Below are positions 9,407 to 19,422 of a DNA stretch of 64,000 nt, one piece after another. A model generated the notes under the pieces. It made no database searches. It saw only the letters and a program-made list of their open reading frames with translations, and was not told the origin of the DNA. Origin of the DNA: an uncultured Eubacteriales bacterium (GTDB taxonomy: Bacteria; Bacillota; Clostridia; TANB77; CAG-508); assembly GCA_949288175.1 (NCBI GenBank), contig CASEIV010000012.1, forward strand, positions 15,616 through 79,615. Direction: 5' to 3'. Every line of letters begins with the position of its first letter. The stretch's first letter is position 1. Made by a program: the position numbers and the translations under genes.

Positions 9407-10288
9407 ATGGTAAATTTAGAATTATATAAAATATTTGTAACAGTTGCCAAGGAAAAAAATATAACAAAAGCAAGTGAAAAATTAAATTTAACACAACCAG
9501 CAGTAACAAAGCATATGAAAAATTTAGAAAGTTTATTAGAAACAAAATTATTCATAAGAAGTAATCATGGAATTAAATTAACAAAGCAAGGAATGGAATT
9601 ATATGAAGAAATAAAAAATTCTGTGGAGGTATTAACAAATGTGGAGAATAAATACCTAAAAATGAGGGACATCAATTTAGGAATACATTCTACGATATTA
9701 AACAAAATTTTTAGTGATTGCATGAGTGAATATTATATAAAAAATACGAATTCTAAGATAAATGTCCTAAACGAAGAAAATGAGCAAATGCTTTTAGCAT
9801 TAAAAGACGGAGAATTGGATATTATTTTTTCTAAGAAAATATATACAAAATCTAATGATAAACATATCAAATTTATAAAATTAGGAGAATGGAATGAAGT
9901 TTTAATTGCTAACCAAAATTATAAACGAAAAAGTAAATTAATAACTTTAGAGAAACTAAAAAATACGACGATATATATGCCTAAAAAAACATCTGAAACA
10001 GCACATAATTTTTTTCAATCATTGAATTCTAAGTATGAAGATTTTAAAGATATAAAACATGCAACTTATAAAACCATAACAGAAATTATAAAAAATAATG
10101 ATGGGGTAGGATTAGTTACAAAAGAGTTTGTTGAAGAAGAAATCAAAAAACACAATTTATGCATATTAAACACAGAATTTCATATAAAGCCAATTGAATT
10201 TGGTATATATATAAATAGGGAGAGAAAATTTAAAGAATTAAATAAATTTGTAGAAATAATAGAAAATCATTTTATAAACAAGAAATAA
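9407..10288 (+). CDS. LysR-family transcriptional regulator
   Basis: N-terminal HTH 'KASEKLNLTQPAVTKHMKNLE'. Confidence 0.8.
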   Translation: MVNLELYKIFVTVAKEKNITKASEKLNLTQPAVTKHMKNLESLLETKLFIRSNHGIKLTKQGMELYEEIKNSVEVLTNVENKYLKMRDINLGIHSTILNKIFSDCMSEYYIKNTNSKINVLNEENEQMLLALKDGELDIIFSKKIYTKSNDKHIKFIKLGEWNEVLIANQNYKRKSKLITLEKLKNTTIYMPKKTSETAHNFFQSLNSKYEDFKDIKHATYKTITEIIKNNDGVGLVTKEFVEEEIKKHNLCILNTEFHIKPIEFGIYINRERKFKELNKFVEIIENHFINKK

Positions 10289-10428
10289 CTTGCGGTAATA
10301 ACTAAAGTCGAATTATTCATTTTACATGGAAAAAGATGCATGATATAATTTCATAAAATATAAAAGAACGTACCTAAAAAAGTAGGCATTTTCTAGAATG
10401 TTTTATAGTTAGAAAGGATGATAATCGT

Positions 10429-11004
10429 ATGAAAGATAAACTAGGAGTTATCCATGGAAGATTTCAGTTATTACACAATGACCATATGAAATATTTATTG
10501 GCTGGAAAAGAAAGATGTGAACATTTAATTATAGGAATTTGTAATCCAGAACAAGATTTAACCAAATATACGTCAAACAATCCTCATAGATCTAAAAAAA
10601 GTTCAAATCCACTTACCTATTTTGAAAGAATGGAATGTATCAAATATTCTTTAATAGAAGCAGGAGTTAATCAAGCAGAATTTGATATAGTTCCATTTCC
10701 TATCAATTTTCCTGAAAAGATATTTAATTATGCGCTATTAAATGCAAAATATTATATGACAATATATGATCAATGGGGAGAAGAAAAATTAAAAATGTTG
10801 CAAGAAGATTTAAAACTAGATGTGGAAGTATTGTGGAGAGTTCCACTAGAAGAAAAAGGAATCAGTGCATCTGATATTCGTAAAAATATTCAAGAAGGAA
10901 AAGAGTGGAAACAATATGTACCAAATTTTGTTTATCATTATATGATAGAAAATCAATTAGATAAAAGGATAAAAACATTATTGGATGAAGAAGAAAAAAG
11001 ATAA
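10429..11004 (+). CDS. NadM-like (archaeal-type NMN adenylyltransferase family) cytidylyltransferase-fold nucleotidyltransferase
   Basis: 'HGRFQLLHNDH' (HxGH motif), 'SNPLTYFERMECIK' and 'ISASDIRKNIQEGKEWKQYVP' parallel the NadM motifs (ENPFT..ER..MI; SGTEIR...W..LVP). Confidence 0.65.
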   Translation: MKDKLGVIHGRFQLLHNDHMKYLLAGKERCEHLIIGICNPEQDLTKYTSNNPHRSKKSSNPLTYFERMECIKYSLIEAGVNQAEFDIVPFPINFPEKIFNYALLNAKYYMTIYDQWGEEKLKMLQEDLKLDVEVLWRVPLEEKGISASDIRKNIQEGKEWKQYVPNFVYHYMIENQLDKRIKTLLDEEEKR

Positions 11005-11018
11005 GAGAGGTTAAATTT

Positions 11019-12296
11019 ATGCATATTTATATGGTTATCTTAGATGGAGCGGCAGATAGAAAAATAAAAGAACTTGGAAATAAGACACCTTTGCAAGTGG
11101 CTAATACACCACATATGGATATATTGGCACAAAGAGGTGCTGAATCCCTTATTACAGTTATAGATGAGAATATAACGCCAGAATCTGATTCAGGAAGTAT
11201 GGCATTACTCTCATATGACCCAAAGATATATTATCCAGGAAGAGGAACATTAGAAGGATTAGGAACCGGATTTATTCCTGAAGGATATGATTATGTAGCT
11301 TTTAGAATTAATTTTGCTTCCTATGATGAAACATTAGGAACATTAGATAGAAGAACGGCTAGAGGATTAGAAGATAAAGAATTACAAACTTTGGCTGAAG
11401 AGATAACAGAAAATGTAACGTTATCTAAATATGGAGTGGCGTTCAAGTTACTTGCATTTGGGCATCACAGAGGAATATTAGTCATGTATAGTAAACATGT
11501 AAAACTTTCTGGAAATGTATCTAATACAGATCCAGGTTTTATGAAGGATGGTGTTTTTGGAAAACCAGTAAAAAATTATGAACCAAAACCATTAACATGT
11601 GTGTCATTGGATGGGAAAGAAGAAAGTAAAAAGACAGCAGAAATTGTAAATGATTTTATAGAACAATCTAATAAAATCTTATCAAAAAGTGAAGTAAATC
11701 ATAGACGAATAGAAAGAGGTGAAATGCCTGCTAATTATTTAATCTTCAGAGATGGCGGAATGCCAGCTAAGAAAATGCCACAATTTCAAGATAAATTTAG
11801 ACTTACACTTTCTATGTATGGTCAATTACCTGCTGAAAATGCAATAGCAAAATTAATTGGTGCCAAATTTACATTTTCCAAATCTTTAGATTTGCAATTA
11901 GATAAAGATTTTATGATAAATGCAGAGAAAATTTTTGTACAAGATAAGGCAGATGTTAAATTTATACATATCAAAGGACCAGATGAACCAGGGCATGATA
12001 ATAAACCTAAAGAAAAGGTTAAAGCAATTGAATTTATAGATAAGTATTTTATAGCGGGATTAGTAAAAGATATAACAGATGAGGATATCGTTATTATTAC
12101 ATGTGATCATGCCACACCATGTGAATTAAAAATACATTCTACGGATAAAGTTCCTGTTCTAATTGCAGGAAATCAATGTATAAAAGATGGAAGTATAAAA
12201 TTTGATGAAGAAAATGCAGAAAGAGGAAATTTACCAATTGAAAAAGCAATCGATATTTTTCCATATATTATAAAAAATTTGCATAAGGAGAATTAG
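11019..12296 (+). CDS. Cofactor-independent phosphoglycerate mutase, archaeal type (ApgM-like; alkaline-phosphatase superfamily)
   Basis: 'ILDGAADR....TPLQVANTPHMD' metal-binding N-terminus, characteristic of ApgM / phosphonopyruvate-decarboxylase-related proteins. Confidence 0.65.
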   Translation: MHIYMVILDGAADRKIKELGNKTPLQVANTPHMDILAQRGAESLITVIDENITPESDSGSMALLSYDPKIYYPGRGTLEGLGTGFIPEGYDYVAFRINFASYDETLGTLDRRTARGLEDKELQTLAEEITENVTLSKYGVAFKLLAFGHHRGILVMYSKHVKLSGNVSNTDPGFMKDGVFGKPVKNYEPKPLTCVSLDGKEESKKTAEIVNDFIEQSNKILSKSEVNHRRIERGEMPANYLIFRDGGMPAKKMPQFQDKFRLTLSMYGQLPAENAIAKLIGAKFTFSKSLDLQLDKDFMINAEKIFVQDKADVKFIHIKGPDEPGHDNKPKEKVKAIEFIDKYFIAGLVKDITDEDIVIITCDHATPCELKIHSTDKVPVLIAGNQCIKDGSIKFDEENAERGNLPIEKAIDIFPYIIKNLHKEN

Positions 12297-13475
12297 ATGA
12301 TAAAAATAAAAGAAATCAAAGTAAGAAACATATTAAATTCAGAAGGAAAAGAAGCTTTAGAAGTAGAAATAGTAACAAATGATAATAGAAAAGCAATAGC
12401 ATCAAGTCCGTCTGCCATTATTCCAGGAAGAAGAGAAATTTTAACAACAAGTCATATTCATATGAATAGTTTAAATCAAATGATAGAAGAAATATATTGT
12501 AAAGAATTTAACAGTCAAAGTGATTTTGACAAATTTTTAAATCAATATATGGGAAAGTTAGGGACGAATGTTTGCTTACCATTTTCTCTAGCATATGCAA
12601 GAATATGTGCTAAAAATCAGAATATAACATTAGTGGAATATATAAGGAAAATAGCAAATTATCATGTAAAAAATCCATCACCAATCCCTCTTGTTGCCAT
12701 TTTTTCTGGAGGCATACATAATCAAGAAGAAAAAGGTTCTATTCAAAATATTATGATGGCAGTTGATATACATCCATTTTCAAAATCTGTACCAGTGATT
12801 ACGGAAATTTATACAGATATAGAAAATGAAGTGAAAAGAAGAAACATTTTAAAATATTATGGTGCTTCTAGTGGAATGGTTATGCCAAGATTAACAGAGA
12901 AAGAAAAAATGAAAATGCTAGAAGAAACAATCGAAAGATTGCATTATGAAAAATATGTAAGTATTGCAATAGATGTTGCAGCTGAACATTTTTACAAAAA
13001 TGAAAGTTATGAATATAATGGACAAATTCTAAGTTCACAAAAATTAAACGACATATTAATGGGATATATAAAAAAATATAATATAACCTATGTGGAAGAT
13101 CCATTTGATTCAGATGATATACAATACTGGAAATTAATTAAAGCGCAAAATCAAAATATAGAGATTGTAGGAGACGATTTATTTGCTACACAGGATAAAT
13201 ATATAAATTCTGAATTAGCAAATGGTATCATCATTAAAATGAATCAAGTAGGAACTTTAACAGATACAATAAATGCGTTTTTAAAAGCCAAAAGAGAAAA
13301 TATGGTAACTTGTGTGTCACAAAGATCAATTGAAACAGAAGATACATTTATGTGTGATTTAGCAGTTGCATTAGGTTCTACATATATCAAAATAGGTGGA
13401 CCTAGAAGAGGAGATAGAATTGCTAAATATAACCGTTTATTAAGATTAGAAGAGGATAGTGAAGTGATAAAATGA
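12297..13475 (+). CDS. Enolase-like protein (divergent enolase paralog)
   Basis: 'KMNQVGTLTDT' and 'VSQRSIETEDTFMCDLAVALG...IKIGGPRRGDRIAKYNRLLRLEE' match the enolase C-terminal signature (KxNQIGT..E; SHRSGETED..ADLAVA; KYNQLLRIEE). The catalytic His of SHRSGE is replaced by Gln, and the QEFMI / SEF Glu positions are altered. Confidence 0.65.
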   Translation: MIKIKEIKVRNILNSEGKEALEVEIVTNDNRKAIASSPSAIIPGRREILTTSHIHMNSLNQMIEEIYCKEFNSQSDFDKFLNQYMGKLGTNVCLPFSLAYARICAKNQNITLVEYIRKIANYHVKNPSPIPLVAIFSGGIHNQEEKGSIQNIMMAVDIHPFSKSVPVITEIYTDIENEVKRRNILKYYGASSGMVMPRLTEKEKMKMLEETIERLHYEKYVSIAIDVAAEHFYKNESYEYNGQILSSQKLNDILMGYIKKYNITYVEDPFDSDDIQYWKLIKAQNQNIEIVGDDLFATQDKYINSELANGIIIKMNQVGTLTDTINAFLKAKRENMVTCVSQRSIETEDTFMCDLAVALGSTYIKIGGPRRGDRIAKYNRLLRLEEDSEVIK

Positions 13476-14377
13476 TTGTTGTTACATCTGGTAGTAAATA
13501 TATAGATATAGATGCTTACGCAAGTTGTATAGCTTATGCAAACTTGTTAAATCTAAAGGGGAAAGAAGCAAAAGCTGTATCTAGTGCAAAAACGAATGAA
13601 AGTATTCCTTCAAGTTTATTAAAATTAAATATTGGATTAGACAACTATAAACCTTCTCAAGAAGATGAGTTTATTGTCATAGATGTTTCTAATAAAGCAT
13701 TTTTTGATAAAATTGTCAATGAAGATAAGATAATAGAAATCATAGACCATCATGTAGGATATGATGAATATTGGAAAAATAAACTTCAAGATAAAGCAAA
13801 AATAGAATTTGTTGGGGCAGTGGCAACAATCATTGTATAGCTTTATGAAAAGGAAGGATTCATACATAAAATTACAAAAGAAATCGCAATTCTGCTGATA
13901 TCAGCTATTTTAGATAATACTTTAAATTTGAAAGCAAAAGTAACTTCTAAAAGAGATATAACTGCTTATGAAAAGTTAGAAAGCATCATTCAAGATAGAA
14001 AGTATCCAGAAAAATATTTCCTAGAATGTCAGTCACAAATCAATAAAGATTTAAAATTAGCTATAGAAAATGATACAAAAACAGAATATGTTAGTTTGAT
14101 ATTACCACCAATTTTTAGTCAACTAACAATATGGGATAAAGAAGATGTTTTAAGAGACAAAGATATTATATATACTATATTGAACAATATTGGAAATAAA
14201 TGGATGTTGAATCTTATCTGTTTGAAGGATGGAAAAAGTTATGTAATAGCACAAGATTTAGAAGTACAAAAAAAATTGGAAAAGTTATTTCATAAAAAAT
14301 TCAAAACAGATATCATGGAATTAGATAATGTTTGGCTTAGAAAAGAAATTATGAAAATCGCACAAGAACAAAAATAA
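13472..14377 (+). pseudogene. DHH-family phosphoesterase (NrnA-like) interrupted by an in-frame TAG at 13838-13840
   Basis: Both halves are in the same frame. The DHH motif 'EIIDHHVG' precedes the stop, and the GAVATIIV*LYEKEG motif spans it. TAG is used as a normal stop elsewhere in the window. Confidence 0.6.
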
Positions 14378-14449
14378 AGAAAGTTCTAACTCATAAAATA
14401 TAGGAATACAATTAAACAAAAGTATTCTAAATAAAAGGAGTTAGAATAA

Positions 14450-14716
14450 ATGAAAGGTGTATCAATAGAAGAACGTGCAATAGAACTTGCACAATATATC
14501 ATAGACTCAAAAGATACAGTAAGAGGTGCAGCAAAAAAATTTGGAATAAGTAAAAGTACAGTACATAAAGATGTATCAGAAAGATTGAAAAAAATCAATC
14601 CAAGTTTAGCACAGGAAGTACGAAAAGTGTTAGATGAAAATAAAGCAGAAAGACATATAAGAGGAGGGATGGCGACAAAATTAAAATATAGTCATTTACA
14701 TGAACTTAAATCTTAA
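14450..14716 (+). CDS. spoIIID: Stage III sporulation protein D (SpoIIID), a sigma-E-dependent DNA-binding regulator
   Basis: 'VRGAAKKFGISKSTVHKDVSERL..INPSLAQEVRKVLDENK..HIRGGMATKLKY' is near-identical in pattern to B. subtilis SpoIIID. Confidence 0.85.
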   Translation: MKGVSIEERAIELAQYIIDSKDTVRGAAKKFGISKSTVHKDVSERLKKINPSLAQEVRKVLDENKAERHIRGGMATKLKYSHLHELKS

Positions 14717-14828
14717 AATAAACTCAAAAGAAAACTGCAATGATAGTTAGTTTATTAATATATAAGAATCACCAATTTACAAAAATCGACATAGAATATA
14801 ATAGCTTAACTTTTAAGGTGGTATTCAT

Positions 14829-15644
14829 ATGGAAAAGATAAAAATTGGTGATATAGTAGGAAGAAAATCATATAATAAAGACATTTTATTTCGTGTAAAA
14901 AACATAATAGATACAAAAGTAGGTCAAATTGCTATTTTAATAGGAATTATAGAAAGAGTAGAAGCTGATAGTAGTATAAGTGATTTAGAAAAAGTAAGTG
15001 AAGAAAGAATACAGGAAGATTTAAATAACATACAAAAAAGAATAGAAGGCAAAATTAAGCGATTAGATAAAATAGAAGAAAACAGAAATAAATATACGAT
15101 AACAGGAAAAATCTTGCATTTAGATGGTGACAAAAAATATAGCGAAAAATCATACCGATATTATAAAAAAGTAGGTTTAAATGCTATTGTAAAAAATATA
15201 CCAGAATATAAACAACCAAAAGTAGTATACAATCTTTTGAAAATATATCAGCCAGATATATTAGTGATAACAGGACATGATGGAATGATAAAGAAAAATG
15301 CAAGATATGATGACTTATATAATTATCGTAATTCAAAATATTTTATAGAAACTGTTAAAGAAGCAAGAAAATATGATAAAGAAACTAACAAAAAATTAGT
15401 CATATTTGCAGGTGCTTGCCAAAGTTATTTTGAAGCATTAATTTGTGCAGGAGCTAATTTTGCATCTTCACCAGGAAGGATATTAATAGATTTTATAGAT
15501 CCATTAATTGTAGCTGAAAAAATAGCGGTAACAGAGAGATATAAATATATAACCATTGAAGATATAGAAAATGAATTAAGAGATGGAAAAAAAGGTGTTA
15601 GTGGCATAGGAGCAAATGGAAAAATGTATAAAATCATAAGATGA
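14829..15644 (+). CDS. yabG: Sporulation peptidase YabG
   Basis: N-terminus 'IKIGDIVGRKSYNKDILFRV' as in YabG. It lies directly upstream of veg, the same gene order as in Bacillus. Confidence 0.7.
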   Translation: MEKIKIGDIVGRKSYNKDILFRVKNIIDTKVGQIAILIGIIERVEADSSISDLEKVSEERIQEDLNNIQKRIEGKIKRLDKIEENRNKYTITGKILHLDGDKKYSEKSYRYYKKVGLNAIVKNIPEYKQPKVVYNLLKIYQPDILVITGHDGMIKKNARYDDLYNYRNSKYFIETVKEARKYDKETNKKLVIFAGACQSYFEALICAGANFASSPGRILIDFIDPLIVAEKIAVTERYKYITIEDIENELRDGKKGVSGIGANGKMYKIIR

Positions 15645-15750
15645 AACACAATTGTAACATAATTGTAATACAAAAGTAATATTAAAAATAAAAATCCGTA
15701 AAACCCTTTAAAATCAAGGATTTTAAAACTTTTACATCAACATACTTTTT

Positions 15751-15779
15751 TTGACATTTTTCCCCTAAAATGCTATAAT
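15751..15779 (+). promoter_or_regulatory. Sigma-A promoter TTGACA-17-TATAAT (veg)
   Basis: TTGACA at 15751-15756, a 17-nt spacer, and TATAAT at 15774-15779, about 30 nt upstream of the veg start. Confidence 0.7.
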
Positions 15780-15808
15780 CAAGCTATCTTAAGGGAGTAG
15801 GTGATAGC

Positions 15809-16111
15809 ATGATTTGTAAAAATGACATAACAAATCTAAAAACTGACATCTTAGAGAAAGTGGGGCAAAAGATAATTGTCAAAGGATCTTTAGGTAGAAG
15901 TAAAGCCTTTGAAAAAGAAGCTACAATAGAAAAAGCATATCCAAATATTTTTGTAGTAAAATATGAGGAAAATAATAGAAATGTAACATATAGTTATACA
16001 GATGTTTTAACAAGAACAGTAGAGGTTGAAGTATTTGATGGAAACTCATATAGTCCATTAATACCACCACCAGTTAACTTAAAAAAGAAAAAAGCAGCTG
16101 AACAACTATAA
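15809..16111 (+). CDS. veg: Veg (biofilm-formation stimulator, small DNA-binding protein)
   Basis: 'YPNIFVVKYEENNRNVTYSYTDVLTRTVEV' matches the Veg family ([31 protein letters not shown]). Confidence 0.8.
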   Translation: MICKNDITNLKTDILEKVGQKIIVKGSLGRSKAFEKEATIEKAYPNIFVVKYEENNRNVTYSYTDVLTRTVEVEVFDGNSYSPLIPPPVNLKKKKAAEQL

Positions 16112-16350
16112 ATAAGGCATTACAATATACAACATAATGAAATTTGAATCATAAAGTAAGAAAGAAAACTTGAAAAGGGTTTTCTTTTTTTTGTAGCAAA
16201 AATTGGGAAAATGAGTCCGTCTCCGATTTCCCTTTGTCTCCGTATCCAATTTCCCAATTTAAAAAGTGAGATTTCTTTGGCTTAAAATGTTATAAATCAT
16301 CATTTGCCTTCATATATATAGAATAAAGAAAAATGATAAGGAGGTAAATA

Positions 16351-17922
16351 ATGATTGTAAATACAATAAAAGAAAATTTGTGTGTCAATAAAAAGGTAGC
16401 AACTAGAAAAGAAATTGTAGTTGTAGAAGGAGATGTGATTGTTCCAGATGCAAAACCAGATGTTTTAAATATAATTTGTACAAGTGGGGTAGTATGTATT
16501 TATAAAAAAGAAATGATAGATGAAAAAATAAAAATAGAGGGGAATGTAGATACATATATCATGTATATGACAGATGATAGTCAAGAACGAACAAGAGGCA
16601 TTAATACCAGTTTAGATTTGTCAGAAGTTATTAATATTCCTAATATAACAAGTGAAATGGAAAGTGATGTATGTACGAATATTAAAGAAATAGAAGCAAA
16701 AGTAATTAATGAACGAAAAATATCCATCAAAGCAACAATAGAATTAATCATTGAAGTGTATTCTAAAGAAGAAATTTCGATTGTGAATAGTTTAGAAAAT
16801 ACAGATGAAATCAAAATGTTGCAAGAGCAATTATTTGTTAACTCATTAATAGGAAGCGGAGAAACAAAAATATATGCCAAAGAAAATATTTCTATAGATA
16901 ATATTGATAATTTAGTAGAAATTTTAAAATTAAATGTAGGGATAGGAAATAAAGATATAAAAATTAGTTATAACAAAGTTTTGACAAAAGCAGAGGCAGA
17001 AGTCAAAATGGTATATTTAACAGAAGATAATCGAATTAATAAAACAATGGCAACAATACCAATTATCGGATTTGTAGATATTCAAGATGTTAATGAAGGA
17101 AATATATGTGATACAAATTATGAAATTCGAAATCTGATTGTAAAACCAAATTCAGTAGAAGAACATTCTGTATATATTGAAATGGAAATCAATGTGACAA
17201 CGACTGCATATGAAGAAAGAACAATTAACATTATTCAAGATTTATATAGCCCATCTGAAAACATTGAATTTAATAAAAAAACAGTAAGAACGATTGCAGG
17301 AAAAAGAGAAATTTTGGAAACAAGAGAGATTAGTGAAAAATTAAGAATAGAAGAATTACAAGGCAGAAATATTGTCGATGTAGATGTTGTTCCGAATATC
17401 ATAAAGCAAAATGTAATGGGAGACAAAATCATCTATAATGGAGAGCTAGAATTAAGGTTTATGTTGATGGGAGAAGACTTACAGATAATGACAAGAAAAG
17501 AAAGCATATCTTTTGAATATAATCTTGACAATATCAGTGATGGTGATAGTTTAAACATACGTACAAATATAGAAATTGGAAGTCAAGACTTTATCATTCA
17601 AGAAGGAGGAGAAGTATTAGCAAATGTGCAAATGAGAATGCATACGATGCTAGACAAAAATGTGAATATTAATACAATTGATGAAGTACAAACAATTGGA
17701 GAAAGGGAAGAACAGGATTATAGTATTATCATGTATATCGTGAAAAAAGATGATTCTTTATGGAAGATAGCAAAAATGTTTGGAAGCACAGTAGATGATA
17801 TTGCTAGAGTGAATGGAATTGAAGATGAGAATATGATTTTTCCAGGACAAAAATTATTTATACCAAGATATAAAAGAAAAGGCATGAGTAGCAAGCAGGC
17901 TTCTATGATAAATTATGCCTAA
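16351..17922 (+). CDS. SPOCS/DUF3794-domain protein with a C-terminal LysM domain (spore-coat/cortex-associated type)
   Basis: Repeated beta-rich DUF3794-like segments. The C-terminus 'DSLWKIAKMFGSTVDDIARVNGIEDENMIFPGQKLFIP' is a LysM domain. Confidence 0.6.
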   Translation: MIVNTIKENLCVNKKVATRKEIVVVEGDVIVPDAKPDVLNIICTSGVVCIYKKEMIDEKIKIEGNVDTYIMYMTDDSQERTRGINTSLDLSEVINIPNITSEMESDVCTNIKEIEAKVINERKISIKATIELIIEVYSKEEISIVNSLENTDEIKMLQEQLFVNSLIGSGETKIYAKENISIDNIDNLVEILKLNVGIGNKDIKISYNKVLTKAEAEVKMVYLTEDNRINKTMATIPIIGFVDIQDVNEGNICDTNYEIRNLIVKPNSVEEHSVYIEMEINVTTTAYEERTINIIQDLYSPSENIEFNKKTVRTIAGKREILETREISEKLRIEELQGRNIVDVDVVPNIIKQNVMGDKIIYNGELELRFMLMGEDLQIMTRKESISFEYNLDNISDGDSLNIRTNIEIGSQDFIIQEGGEVLANVQMRMHTMLDKNVNINTIDEVQTIGEREEQDYSIIMYIVKKDDSLWKIAKMFGSTVDDIARVNGIEDENMIFPGQKLFIPRYKRKGMSSKQASMINYA

Positions 17923-18613
17923 GATTTATTCAAGAACTAAGATACGAATTCCGAATATATTTGCAAATGTAAAACATAAAAGAAAATTGGCTATGATAAT
18001 AATTTTTATCACAACCATTATGATATCTGTAAAAGTCATGTTAGATGCAGTAAATCCTATTTTTGATACATTATGTGAAAATGAAGCAAAAAGCTTGGCG
18101 ACGATTATATCAAATGAGCAGGCAACAAATGTCATGACAGAACATAGCTATGATGAGTTATTTACTGTAGAAAAAGATGCAAACGGAAATGTGACAATGA
18201 TAAAATCAAATGTGATTCCCATTAATGAAATCATTTCTGATGTAGCAATCAAAATACAAGAAGAAATTAATCAACAGGGAAGGCAAGATATTGAAATCGC
18301 TTTGGGAAGTTTTACAGGTATTAAATTATTGGCAGGAAGGGGACCTGGAATTAAGATAAGAATATCAACAGTAGGTAATGTAGAAACTGATTTAAAAAGT
18401 GAATTTGAAGCACAAGGAATTAATCAAACACTACATAGAATTTATTTACAAGTAAAATGTGAAGTCAGTATTTTAACACCATTTAAAGATATTACAAAAG
18501 ACATTACAAACCAAGTATTAATTATGGAAAATGTCATTATTGGAACAGTTCCAAACACGTATTATAATATAGAGGGAATTGGTACAAATGATGCTCTTGA
18601 ATTTGTAGAATAG
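17915..18613 (+). CDS. yunB: Sporulation protein YunB-like
   Basis: An N-terminal TM segment and 'ALGSFTGIKLLAGRGPGIKIRISTVG', resembling the Spore_YunB family motif. Confidence 0.5.
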   Translation: MPKIYSRTKIRIPNIFANVKHKRKLAMIIIFITTIMISVKVMLDAVNPIFDTLCENEAKSLATIISNEQATNVMTEHSYDELFTVEKDANGNVTMIKSNVIPINEIISDVAIKIQEEINQQGRQDIEIALGSFTGIKLLAGRGPGIKIRISTVGNVETDLKSEFEAQGINQTLHRIYLQVKCEVSILTPFKDITKDITNQVLIMENVIIGTVPNTYYNIEGIGTNDALEFVE

Positions 18614-18662
18614 ATTCATATAACCTTTTAAGATAGAATATACTATTTTAGGAGGTTTTTTT

Positions 18663-19251
18663 ATGTTAAAAATGATAGATTTACCATATCCATTAACAGC
18701 TTTAGAGCCATATTATTCCAAAGAAACATTGGATTCACATTACAATATTTTATATAAAGGATATGTAGATAATACAAATAACACAGAAGAAAAATTGAAG
18801 CTAGCAAGGGAGAAAAGAGATTTCTCTAATATTAAATGTCTAGAAAAAGATTTAAGTTTTTATGGTTCAGGAGTCATTTTACATGAACTATTTTTTGAAA
18901 ATATGGGACCTGCTATTCCAACAGAGCCAGTTATAGAACTGATGAAACAAATGATAAAAGACTTTGGAAGTTATGAAATATTTAAAGAACAATTTACAGA
19001 AGCAAGTAAAACAGTAGAAGCCTCACGGTTGGTGTTTGTTAGTATGGGTTCCTAAATGGTCTAAATTAGAAATTTTACAATGTGAAAAACATCAAAATTT
19101 GACATTATGGGGATGCAAACCATTATTGGTTTTAGATATGTGGGAGCATTCTTATTATTTACAATACCATACGAAAAGAGCAGAGTATATCCAAGCATTT
19201 TGGAATATTGTGAATTGGAATATGGTAAATAGGAGATTTAGACAAAGGTAA
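18663..19251 (+). pseudogene. sodA: Fe/Mn superoxide dismutase, frameshifted near 19020-19035
   Basis: The N-terminal half (LPYPLTALEPYYSKETLDSHYN...) runs in one frame. The C-terminal half (..LVLDMWEHSYYLQYHTKRAEYIQAFWNIVNWNMVNRRF) runs in the +1 frame. Confidence 0.65.
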
Positions 19252-19422
19252 GAAAAATATTTATAAATGGTTAACAATGCAGTTAAAAATATATTTTGAC
19301 TGCATTGTAAGCTATAATACAATCTTTTAAAGAAACAATTGTAAATATTGAAAATATAGGATGGTTAGAGTATAATAATAGTGATTTTATAACAATATAA
19401 GAAATAATAAAGGGAGAAGAAA

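Noticed and set aside
13838-13840. TAG read through as pyrrolysine or another recoded amino acid in the DHH gene
   Set aside because: TAG ends many ordinary genes in this window (patatin, nifS, yunB and others). No pyl genes or methylamine methyltransferases are in view. Nonsense mutation or sequencing error is more parsimonious.
14380-14450. Sigma-E promoter upstream of spoIIID
   Set aside because: AATACAAT resembles the sigma-E -10 element (CATACAnT). I could not place a convincing -35 element at the correct spacing, so it is not reported as a feature.
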